Below, in pieces: positions 1 through 11,400 of a stretch of 64,000 nucleotides of DNA. Location of the stretch: positions 111,106,001 to 111,170,000 of the forward strand of contig CM059432.1 of assembly GCA_030390025.1 (NCBI GenBank). Direction: 5' to 3'. The stretch is from Squalus acanthias (lineage: Eukaryota). A program made the translations under genes and the position numbers. Position 1 is the first letter of the stretch, and every line of letters begins with the position of its first letter. The notes beneath the pieces were generated by a model. It worked only from the letters and a program-made list of their open reading frames with translations, was not told where the DNA came from and did no database searches.

Positions 1-685
1 CATGCACTGTGCATGCGCGGGAAACCGGCACTTCGTGAATTGAAAAGGGGGCGGTTCCTAAGTGAACCGCGTGCGCGCTACAGGCTGTGCGCATGCAGTG
101 CACTTAGTTTTTTTTTCAGCTTTGAACGCGCAGGTAAGTGGTGAAGATTTTACACACAAAGAAAGCAGGCGTAGGACCCCCTTTTAACAAGGTAAGTAGT
201 TAATTAAGTGTTATTTTAAATTTTTTTCAACAGGTTTATCTTTTTTAGAAACTTTAAAGAAAGGTAAGTTTATTTTTATAACTTTTAAAAAGATTTTAAA
301 TTTTTTCAAAAATTTAATTTTTTGTTTAAAGTGGTAAATTTATTTAACTATACTTATTTTATTAATGTGATGGCTTTTTAAAAATTTAATTGAGGTTTAG
401 CTGTTCTTTTGGGGGTTTGTAGTATTCATAGCTTTGACAGCTCTTGCCGTCAAAACTATAAATGAAAGATGGTGTGCTGCCATTGGCTCTAACTGAATCA
501 CGTGATCCCAGAGCTTGCACGAACTAATTGCGCCTCTGGGTTACTCAAGCACTGCATGGTTCCAACAGAGAGAGCCTTTGAAACTAAAGTTCGTGTGGGC
601 CCGGAGCAAAAAGGTAGGCGCGGAGTGCAATATCGTGGGGAATCCTTACCCCCGCGGGAACCATCCATGTTTAATTTCTGGGCCA
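1..685. mobile_element. Right-hand part of a probable non-autonomous DNA transposon (MITE-like, Harbinger-type end); left end lies outside the window
   Basis: CpG-containing subterminal region around an AT-rich core, ending AATTTCTGGGCC (674-685). This resembles the GGGG(N)GAAATT termini of the Harbinger elements elsewhere in the window. The partner terminus is not visible. Confidence 0.35.
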
Positions 686-794
686 ATGTACTGCTGCAGG
701 ATGTAAAGGCCTGCAGCAGCTTAAAGGGCAAGACAGCACCAGCATCATTTTGGCATTAAAGATCTTTTTTATTACTTTCCAAATGTCAGAGAGG

Positions 795-1027
795 TCTGCT
801 GCAGGGCACAGAGCCCCCCACTTTGTATATTGAAGTATTGAAGTGCTGCTATTGGAAGTTGGACCAAGGAGAGAGGCCCTTTTTTTGGAAAGGACAGATT
901 TAAGGACCCATTGTGGATCAGGGCAGGTGAAACGAGGAGGCCAGTGAGTGCCAATGCAAGCACCCCATGCATGGCCATTCAGTGCCTGAAAAGGTGGAAT
1001 ACCTTACCAGGTCAGGCAAAGTAAGAG
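795..1027 (+). pseudogene. Degenerate first exon of a Harbinger Myb/SANT-like gene (relic)
   Basis: With frameshifts it translates to RAPHF...VLLLEVGPRREALF...VSANASTPCMAIQCLKRWN, then a GTAAG donor at 1021. Motif order and intron position match exon 1 at 20707-20935 and 53573-53811. Confidence 0.5.
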
Positions 1028-1190
1028 GAGCTAGCTACATCTTCCAAGAATGCACTGCACTGAGCCACAGACAATGATTTTGCTCTCGCACTGTGCTAAA
1101 GTGTCTGCTTACCCATTAATGCCCATCAGATAGCAAGATGTCCTTTACATTCCCAGCCACCACCTGGAGCATTCCTTCACTTACATCCTT

Positions 1191-4100
1191 ATAGAATCAT
1201 ACAATCATAGAATGGTTACAGCACGGAAGGAGGCCATTGGGCCCATCGAGCCCGTGCTGGCTCTCTGCAAGAGCACCTCAGCTAGTCCCACTCCCCCGCC
1301 CTTTCCCCGTAGCCCTGCAAATTTTTTCTTTCAGGTACTTATCCAACTCCCTTTTGAAAGCCATGATTGAGTCTGCCTCCACCATCCTTTAAGAACATAA
1401 GAAATAGGAGCAGGAGCAGGAGCAGGAGCAGGCCATTCGGCCCCTCGAGCCTGCTCCGCCATTTAATGAGATCATGGCTGATCTGATCTTGGCCTCAACT
1501 CCTCTTTCCTGCCCGCTCCCCATAACCCTTGAATCCCCTGTTGCTCAAAGATCTGTCTATCTCAACCTTGAATATATTCAATGACTCCGCCTCCACAGCT
1601 CTCTGGGGTAAAGAATTTCAAAGATTCACGATCCTCTGAGAGAAGAAATTCCTCCTCATCTCCGTCTTAAATGGGCGACCCCTTATTCTGAGACTATGCC
1701 CCCTCATTCTAGATTCCCCCACGTGGGGAAACATCCTCTTAGCAACTACCTTGTCTAACACCCTCAGAATCTTATATGTTTCAATAAGATCACCTCTCAT
1801 TCTTCTAAACTCCAATGAGTATAGGCCCAACCTGTTCAACTTTTCCTCATAAGACAACCCTTCCATCCCAGAAATCAACCTAGTGAACCTTATCTGAACT
1901 GCCTCCAATGCAAGTATATCCCTCCTTAAATAAGGGGACCAAAACTGTACGCAGTACTCTAGGTGTGGTCTCACCATCGCCCTGTACAGTTGTAGCAAGA
2001 CTTCCCTACTTTTATACTCTATCCCCCTTGCAATAAAGGCCAACATTCCATCTGCCTTCCTAATTACTTGCTGTACCTGCAAGTTAACTTTTTGTGTTTC
2101 ATGTATGAGGACACCCAAATCCCTCTGTACCGCTGCATTCTGTAGTCTTTCTCCATTTAAATAATATTTTTCTTTTCTATTCTTCCTACCAAAGTGGATA
2201 ACTTCACATTTTCCCACATTATACTCCATCTGCCAAATTCTTGCCCACTCACTTAACCTATCTATATCCCTTTGCAGACTCTGTGTCCTCCTCACAACTT
2301 GCTTTCCCACCTATCTTTGTATCATCAGCAAATTTGGCAACAGTATACTCGGTCCCTTCATCCAAGTCATTAATATAGATTGAAAATAGTTGAGGCCCTA
2401 GCACTGATCCTTGTGGCACCCCACTAGTTATTGATTGCCATCCTGAAAATAACCCATTTATCCCGACTCTCTGTTTTCTGTTGGTTAGCCAATCCTCTAT
2501 CCATGCTAATATATTACCCCCAACACCATGAGCTCTTATCTTATGCAGTAACCTTTTATGTGGCACCTTATCAAATGCCTTTTGGAAATCCAAGTAGACT
2601 ACATCAACTGGTTCCCCTTTATCCACCCTGTTCGTTACCTCCTCAAAGAACTCTAATAAATTTGTAAAACACGATTTCCCTTTCACAAAACCATGCTGAC
2701 TCAGTTTGGTTGTATTATGATTTACGAAATGCTCTGCTACTACTTCCTTAGTAATGGATTCCAGCATTTTGCCAATGATAGATATTAGGCTAACTGGCCT
2801 ATAGTTTCCTGCTTTCTGTCTCCCTCCTTTTTTGAATAATTTGCAGTTTTCCAATCCGCTGGGACTTTTCCAGAGTCAAGGGAATTTTGGAAGATTACAA
2901 CCAATGCATCCATTATCTCTGTAGTCACTTCTTTTAAGACCCTAGGATGCAGGCCATCAGGTCCAGGGGACTTGTCAGCCTTTAGACCCATAAGTTTGCC
3001 TAGCACTTTTTCTCTAGTGATAGTGATTGTTTTAAATTCCTCCCTCCCTTTTGCCCCTTGATTTCTACTGTTACTGGGATGTTTTTAGTGTCCTCTACTG
3101 GGAAGACAGATACAAAATATTTGTTCAAAGTCTCTGCCATTTCCTTGTTTCCCATTTTTATTTCCCCAGTCTCGTCCTCTAAGGGACCAATATTTACCTT
3201 AGCTATTCTCCTCCTTTTTATATACTTGTAGAAGCTCTTACTGTCAGTTTTTATATTTCTTGCTAGTTTACTCTCATAAGCTATTTTCTCCCTCTTTATT
3301 ATTTTTTTAGTCAGCCTTTGCTGAAATTTCTCGAGCTGCAGACACTTACTGCAGATGTGGTCGCCCTGGATCACACTGGTGTCCACATGCTACAGCTGCA
3401 ACACATCACCTGCCTTGGCATCTCTATTGTATTTTATTTAATTAATTATGTCAATATCAATCAATTGTCTATTTATAGTTTTTAATCTAGGTAAACTAGG
3501 TAATAACCTTGTTTAATTTATTAAATTTATTAAAATAAGTTTAGTTAGTTATAAATTTAGTTATTAGCTATAGGTCTTTACTGTAACTTAGCCCTCAGTC
3601 CTAAGAGAAAAGAAATACTCACCACTAATCACCTACCTGCTTACCTGTGATGTCACACATTGATTTTCTTTGTTATAGAATTGGAGCCTCGCTGCTCTTC
3701 CCCCGCTGGCTCTGCTCTCAGGCCTCCTCTCGCCGCGCTCTTTATTCTGCTCCCGCTACCACTTCGGTTCCGCCCAGGTCAAGGCAGTGCGTTCCAGATC
3801 CTAACCACTAGCTGAGTAAAGAAGTTTTTTCTTATGTCGTCTTTGGTTCTTTTGCCAATCACCTTAAATCTGTGTCCTCTGGTTCTTGACCCTTCGGTCA
3901 GTGGGAACAGTTTTTCTCTATCTATTCTGTCCAGACCCCTCATGATTTTGAACACCTCTATCAAATCTCCTCTCAATCTTCTCTGCTCTAAGGAGAACAA
4001 CCCCAGCTTATCCAGTCTATCCACATAACTGAAGTCCCTCATCCCTGGAATCATTCTCGTAAATCTTTTCTGCACCCTCTCTAAGGCCTTCACATCCTTC

Positions 4101-6117
4101 CTAAAGTGCGGTGCCCAGAATTGGACACAATACTCCAGTTGAGGTCGAACCAGTGTTTTATACAGGTTCATCATAATTTCCTTGCTTTTGTACTCTATAC
4201 CTCTATTCATGAAGCCCAGGATCCCGTAAGCTTTTTTCATTGCTTTCTCAACCTGCCCTGCCACCTTCAACGATTTGTGCACATATACCCCCAGGTCTCT
4301 CTGTTCATGCACCCCCTTTAGGATTATACCCTTTAGCTTATATTTCCTCTCTTCATTCTTTCTACCAAAATGTATCACTTTGCACTTTTCTGCATTAAAT
4401 TTCATCTGCCACGTGTCCGCCCATTCCACCAGCCTGTCTATGTCCTCTTGAAGTCTATCACTATCCTCCTCACTGTTCACAATACTTCCAAGTTTTGTGT
4501 CATCTGCAAATTTTGAAATTGTGCCCTGTACACCCACATCCAAGTCATTAATATATACCAAGAAAAGCAGTGGTTCTAGAACTGACCCCTGGGGAACACC
4601 ACTGTATACCTTCCTCCAGTCCAAAAAACAACTGTTCACCACTACTCTCTGTTTCCTGTCACTTAGCCAATTTCATATTCATGCTGCTACTGTCCCTTTT
4701 ATTCCATGGGCTTCAACTTTGCTGGCAAGCCTATTATGTGGCACTTTGTTGAACACCTTTTGGAAATCCATGTACACCACGTCAACCGCATTGCCCTCAT
4801 CAACCCTCTCTGTGACCTCATCAAAAAACTCGATCAAGTTGGTTAAACACGATTTGCCTTTAACAAATCCGTGCTGGCTTTCCTTAATTAATCCACACTT
4901 GTCCAAGTGACTGTTAATTTTGTCCTTGATTATTGTTTCTAAAAGCTTCCCCACTACCAAGGTTAAACTGACCGGCCTATAGTTGCTGGGTTTATTTTTA
5001 CACCCTTTTTTGAACAAGGGTGTAACATTTGCAATCCTCCAATCCTCTGGCACTACCCCCGTTTCTAAGGAGGATTGGAAGATTATGGCCAGTACCTCCG
5101 CGATTTCTTCCTTCACTTTCCTCAGCATCCTAGGATGCATCCCATCCTGTCCTGGTGACTTATCTACTTTAAGTACAGTCAGCCTTTCTAGTACCTTGTC
5201 TTTATCAATTCTTATCCCATCCAGTATCTCCTCTACCTCCTGCTTTACTATGTCTATGGCAGCATCCTCTTCCTTGTGAAGACAGATGCAAAGTACTCAG
5301 TTAGTACCTCAGCCATACCCTCTGCTTGCATGCGTAGGTCTCCTTTTTGGTCCCTAATCGGCCCCACCCCCCCCTTACTACCCATTTACTATTTATATGC
5401 CTAGAGAAGACTTTTGGATTACCTTTGATGTTAGCTGCCATTCTATTCTCATACCCTCTCTTTACTCCTCTTATTTTCATTTTCACTTCTCCTCTGAACT
5501 TTCTATATTTAGCCTGATTCTCAGTTATATTCTCGACCTGACATCTGTTATACGCGCTCTTTTTCTGCTTCATCTTACTCTCTATCACTTTCGTCATCCT
5601 GGGAGCTCTGACTTCAGTTGCCCTACCATTCCCCCTAGTGGGAATGTACCTCGACTGTACCCAAACGATTTCCTCTTTAAAGGCAGCCCATTGTTCCACT
5701 GCAGTTTTGCCTGCTAATCTTTGATTCCAATTTATCCGGGCCAGATCTGTTCTCATCCCACTGATATTTGCCTTCCTCCAATTAAGTATTTTTACTCTAG
5801 ATAGCTCCCTGTCCTTTTCCATAGCTAATCTAAACATTATGATACTATGATCACTGTTCCTTAAATGTTCTCCTACTGACACTTGCTCCACTTGACCTAC
5901 TTAATTCCCCAGAACCAGATCCAACAATGCCTCCTTCCTCGTTGGGCCAGAAACATACTGATCAAGAAAGTTCTCCTGAACACACTTCAGAAATTCTTCC
6001 TCCTCCTTGCCCTTTACACTATTACTATCCCAGTCTATATTAGGATAGTTGAAGTCCCCCATTATCACGACTCTATAGTTCTTGCATCTCTCAGTAATTT
6101 TCCTGCAAATTTGCTCC
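1191..6117 (-). mobile_element. 5'-truncated CR1 LINE (TTCTATGA-tail subfamily), split into 1191-1390 and 3780-6117 by a nested CR1
   Basis: Tail ATAGAATCAT repeats at 1191. RT fragments 3779-4642 ([13 protein letters not shown]) and 4679-5140; endonuclease fragments 5301-6131 (MGDFN, SDH). Sequence at 1390 resumes at 3780. Confidence 0.9.
1391..3779 (-). mobile_element. Nested CR1 LINE (TTCTTATG-tail subfamily) with 5' UTR and a large internal deletion
   Basis: Tail AAGAACATAAGAAATAGGAGCAGG at 1391. Frameshifted RT ORFs 1618-3006 ([15 protein letters not shown]). ORF1 zinc-finger start (QVMCCSCSMW...HICSKCLQLE) at ~3330-3420 is joined directly to mid-ORF2, followed by 5' UTR to ~3779. Confidence 0.9.
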
Positions 6118-6399
6118 TTACATGCATTCACCCTGCAATAACCTCATGTGGAATGTAATTGCTTATTGCATTCACCTGTCATCACATTATGGGCTGCATA
6201 CTGATATCTGGGTTTTAGTGCATGTCATAGCAGCAAAAGGAAATTCTGACTTTTTGTGCTGTTTTTCAAGAAGAAGACAGCCCACAGCACTCAGGAGAGG
6301 TTGGCATGAGGTGACAGGCCCTCAAAGCTAAGACCACTCACCCCGATGAAGAGGAAGCTTTGCAGGTCCTGGGGAGGAAAGCCATAAAGTGTATCAGAA

Positions 6400-7729
6400 A
6401 TGGAAATATAGGACAGCACAATGTGGAAGATTGTCTAATCCAGAAAAACATGGACAAATTAATTTGGCCAAATACCACCCAATCAGTCTCCTCCCAATCA
6501 TCAGTAAAGTGATGGAAGAAGTCATCAATATTGTCATAAAGTGACACCTACTCACCAATAATCTGCTCACCACACCTCAATTTGGGTTCTGCTGGAAGAA
6601 CTCAACTCTGAACCTCACAACGGCTTTGATCCAGACATGGACGCAAGAGCCGAATGCCTGAGGGTGAGTGAGAGTAGCTGCCCTCAAAATGAAGGTAGCT
6701 GAGTATAGCACCAAGGAGCCTGAGTAAAACTAAGGTCAATGGGGTTATAGGGAAAACCCTCCAGTGACTGAAGTTATAACTGACACACAAAAAGATGACT
6801 ATGACTGTTGGTGGACAATCATTACAGCTCCAGAACACTGATGCATGGAACTCCTCAACGAAGCATCCTTGGACCAACGACCTTCAGATCCCCACCATCG
6901 TATCAGGAGTGGGGCTGTTCACTGATAATTTAACAGTGTTCAGCCCCATTCGCAGCTCCTTAAATAATGAAGCAGCCCAGGTCAGCCTACAAAAGGACTT
7001 GGATAACATCCAGGATTGGGCGACAAGTGGCAGATAACATTCAGTAAGTGTCAGGTAATGATCATCTCCAACAAGAGAAAGAACAGCAGTTCCTTCTGAC
7101 CTTCAACAGCACCATCATTTCTGCGTCTTCCACCATCAACACCTTAGGGGTCACCAGAAGCTTAACTGGAGAAGTTAGATCAACATTGTAGGTACAAGAG
7201 CAGGACAGAGGTGTGGTGCTCTGTGACGAGTAGTTCACCTTCTGATTCCTTCGCCATCCACAAGGCTTAAGTCAGGAATGTGATGAAATACTCACCACTT
7301 GCCTGAATGAGTGCAACTCCAACAAGACTCAAGAAACTCAACAACATCCAAGATCCAACCCCTCCACTGCCAGTGCAATGTGGCTGCAGCCTGTACAATC
7401 TACAGGATCTACTGCAGCAACTCACTAAGGTTAATTTGCCAGCAACTCCCTCCCTTACAACCTCGACCACTGCAAAGGACAAGTGCAGCAACGTCGTGGG
7501 AACATCATCCCCTCCAAGTCCCACCATCCTGACTTGGACATATTTCTGTTCATTCATCAATGCTGCATTAACATCCTGGAATTGTCTACCTAACACCATT
7601 GTGTGAGCAACATCACCACAAAGACTGCAGCAATTCAAGGATAAAGCCAAACTTCACAGAACAATTAGGATTTGGGCAATGCATGTGGCCTTGCCAACAT
7701 TGCCCACATCCCAAGCAAATGAAAAAAAA
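6400..7729 (+). mobile_element. Old, degenerate 5'-truncated copy of the second CR1-group LINE family (same family as 21397-24663)
   Basis: Colinear nucleotide similarity to the reverse complement of 21400-22830 (e.g. CCAATCAGTCTCCTCCCAATCATCAGTAAAGTGATGGAAG). It has the same 3' end GGCCTTGCCAACATTGCCCACATCCCA plus an A-tail. Confidence 0.8.
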
Positions 7730-7944
7730 GCTAAAGGGTTTGTCATGGCATTATGCTTCTATTTCTTCTCTTCCTATTTGACCCTGCATGAATTGTCAAT
7801 GAACCACATCATGACACCCTCAGGTCACTCCGACTTAATGTGGTATATGAGTTTTGCGCCACATAAAACCATCCCAACCTCTTTTCCTCCTCCAGATGTA
7901 CAGGTTCTCCTCCAAAACCCCTTCAGACTGCTACTGCTCCTCTA

Positions 7945-8159
7945 GCTGACCCAACCCCCCACTCCATAGGCAGTTAATTGGCACTAATCCTCTTCCCACC
8001 ACGAGGAGACGGGACCCGGCGCGGGTCGGGTACCAGCCTCCTGGGAAAAGGGCACGGAGGTGGGTTGGGGGCGGGATGGGTACCCACAACCAGATTCTGC
8101 CATTTTCCTGGCAGTCCCACCTCCAAACCCGCCTCCCCAGGGCTGGCAAAATCGCCCCC
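7945..8159. mobile_element. Possible degenerate DNA-transposon terminus
   Basis: GC/CpG-rich island ending in AAAATCGCCCCC, similar to the Harbinger-type termini in this window. No partner end identified. Confidence 0.25.
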
Positions 8160-8444
8160 TGATGGGCAACCATCACAGCCAGCACCATGCCAGTCATCTG
8201 ACCTGCCTGACCCTCACCTGACTCTCACGAGCCAGCAATTCATTTGCAAAGTTCAACATTAAAACTAAATGGCAAACTATATTTTTAATACATTTTTCAT
8301 TGGTTAGATCCAAAAATAAAAATCTATTTTCTGAATGAGTGGTGTTTGAATTATCACAATTCTCTGACAACACTCCTTCTGGATGGCACGAGCGAACCAT
8401 TCTGCCTGAATAATTGGTGCATGCGAGGTTAGAGGTTTCGATAG

Positions 8445-11400
8445 AGTGAGGGCTCTGAGTATTGGAGACAGTGAGTGCTCCGGGTGTTGGGGACAGTGAG
8501 GACTCTTGGGTATTGGGGACAGTGAGGGCTCTGAGTATTGGGGACAGTGAGCGCTCCGGGTATTGAAGAGAGTGAGGGCTCCGAATATTGGAGACAGTGA
8601 GGGATCTGGGTATTGGGGATAGTGAGAGCTCCGGGTGTTGGGGACAGTGAGGACTCTGGGTATTGGGGACAGTGAGGGCTCCGGGTATTGGGGATAGTGA
8701 GAGCTCCGGCTATTGGAGACAGTGAGGGCTCCGGGTATTGGGGATAGTGAGAGCTCCGGCTATTGGAGACAGTGAGGGCTCTGGGTATTGGGGACAGTGA
8801 GGGCTCTGGGTATTGGGGACAGTGAGGGCTCCGGGTATTGGGGACAGTGAGGGCTCTGGTTATTGGGGACAGTGAGGGCTCTGGGTATTGGGGACAGTGA
8901 TGGCTCTGGGTATTGGGGAAAGTGAGGGCTCTGGGTATTGGGGACAGTGATGGCTCTGGGTATTGGGGACAGTGATGGCTCTGGGTATTGGGGACAGTGA
9001 TGGCTCTGGGTATTGGGGAAAGTGAGTGCTCCGGGTATTTGGGACAGTGAGGACTCTGGGTATTGGGGACAGTGAGGGCTCTGGGTATTGGAGACAGTGA
9101 GGGCTCTGGCTATTGGAGACAGTGAGGGCTCTGGTTATTGGGGACAGTGAGGTCCCTGGGTATTGGGGACAGTGAGTACTCTGGGTATTGGGGAAAGTGA
9201 GGGCTCTGGGTATTGGGGACAGTGATGGCTCTGGGTATTGGGGACAGTGATGGCTCTGGGTATTGGGGACAGTGATGGCTCTGGGTATTGGGGAAAGTGA
9301 GTGCTCCGGGTATTTGGGACAGTGAGGACTCTGGGTATTGGGGACAGTGAGGGCTCTGGGTATTGGAGACAGTGAGGGCTCTGGCTATTGGAGACAGTGA
9401 GGGCTCTGGTTATTGGGGACAGTGAGGTCCCTGGGTATTGGGGACAGTGAGTACTCTGGGTATTGGGGACAGTGAGGGCTCTGGGTATTGGGGACAGTGA
9501 GGGCTCTGGCTATTGGAGACAGTGGGGGCTCTGGGTATTGGGGACAATGAGGGCTCCGGGTATTGGAGACAGTGAGGGCTCTGGGTATTGGGGACAGTGA
9601 GGGCTCTGGGTATTGGGGACAGTGAGGGCTCTGGGTATTGGGGACAGTGAGGGCTCCAGGTATTGGAGACAGTGAGGGCTCTGGCTATTGGAGACAGTGA
9701 GGGCTCTGGTTATTGGGGACAGTGAGGTCCCTGGGTATTGGGGACAGTGAGGGCTCTGGGTATTGGGGAATGTGAGGGCTCTGGGTATTGGAGACAGTGA
9801 GGGCTCTGGCTATTGGAGACAGTGAGGGCTCTGGTTATTGGGGACAGTGAGGTCCCTGGGTATTGGGGACAGTGAGTACTCTGGGTATTGGGGACAGTGA
9901 GGGCTCTGGGTATTGGGGACAGTGAGGGCTCTGGCTATTGGAGACAGTGGGGGCTCTGGGTATTGGGGACAATGAGGGCTCCGGGTATTGGAGACAGTGA
10001 GGGCTCTGGGTATTGGGGACAGTGAGGGCTCTGGGTATTGGGGACAGTGAGGGCTCTGGGTAGTGGGGAAAGTGAGGGCTCCAGGTATTGGAGACAGTGA
10101 GGGCTTTGGGTATTGGAGACAGTGAGGGCTCTGGGTATTGGAGACAGTGAGGGCTCTGGTTTTGGAGACAGTGAGGGCTCTGGGTATTGGGGAATGTGAG
10201 GGCTCTGGGTATTGGAGACAGTGAGGGCTCTGGGTATTGGAGACAGTGAGGGCTCCAGGTATTGGAGACAGTGAGGGCTCTGGTTATTGGGGACAGTGAA
10301 TGCTCTGGGTATTGGAGACAGTGATGGCTCTGGTTATTGGGGACAGCGAGGGCTCTGGGTATTGGAGACAGTGAGGGCTCCAATTATTGGAGACAGTGAG
10401 GGCTTTGGGTATTGGAGACAGTGAGGGCTCTGGGTATTGGAGACAGTGAGGGCTCTGGTTTTGGAGACAGTGAGGGCTCTGGGTATTGGGGAATGTGAGG
10501 GCTCTGGGTATTGGAGACAGTGAGGGCTCTGGGTATTGGGGACAGTGAGGGCTCTGGGTATTGGGGACAGTGAGGGCTCCGGGTATTGGGGACAGTGAGG
10601 GCTCTGGTTATTGGGGACAGTGAGGGCTCTGGGTATTGGAGACAGTGAGGGCTCTGGGTATTGGGGACAGTGAGGGCTCTGGGTATTGGGGACAGTGAGG
10701 GCTCTGGGTATTGGGGACAGTGAGGGCTCCAGGTATTGGAGACAGTGAGGGCTCTGGCTATTGGAGACAGTGAGGGCTCTGGTTATTGGGGACAGTGAGG
10801 TCCCTGGGTATTGGGGACAGTGAGGGCTCTGGGTATTGGGGAATGTGAGGGCTCTGGGTATTGGAGACAGTGAGGGCTCTGGCTATTGGAGACAGTGAGG
10901 GCTCTGGTTATTGGGGACAGTGAGGTCCCTGGGTATTGGGGACAGTGAGTACTCTGGGTATTGGGGACAGTGAGGGCTCTGGGTATTGGGGACAGTGAGG
11001 GCTCTGGCTATTGGAGACAGTGGGGGCTCTGGGTATTGGGGACAATGAGGGCTCCGGGTATTGGAGACAGTGAGGGCTCTGGGTATTGGGGACAGTGAGG
11101 GCTCTGGGTATTGGGGACAGTGAGGGCTCTGGGTATTGGGGAAAGTGAGGGCTCCAGGTATTGGAGACAGTGAGGGCTTTGGGTATTGGAGACAGTGAGG
11201 GCTCTGGGTATTGGAGACAGTGAGGGCTCTGGTTTTGGAGACAGTGAGGGCTCTGGGTATTGGGGAATGTGAGGGCTCTGGGTATTGGAGACAGTGAGGG
11301 CTCTGGGTATTGGAGACAGTGAGGGCTCCAGGTATTGGAGACAGTGAGGGCTCTGGTTATTGGGGACAGTGAATGCTCTGGGTATTGGAGACAGTGATGG

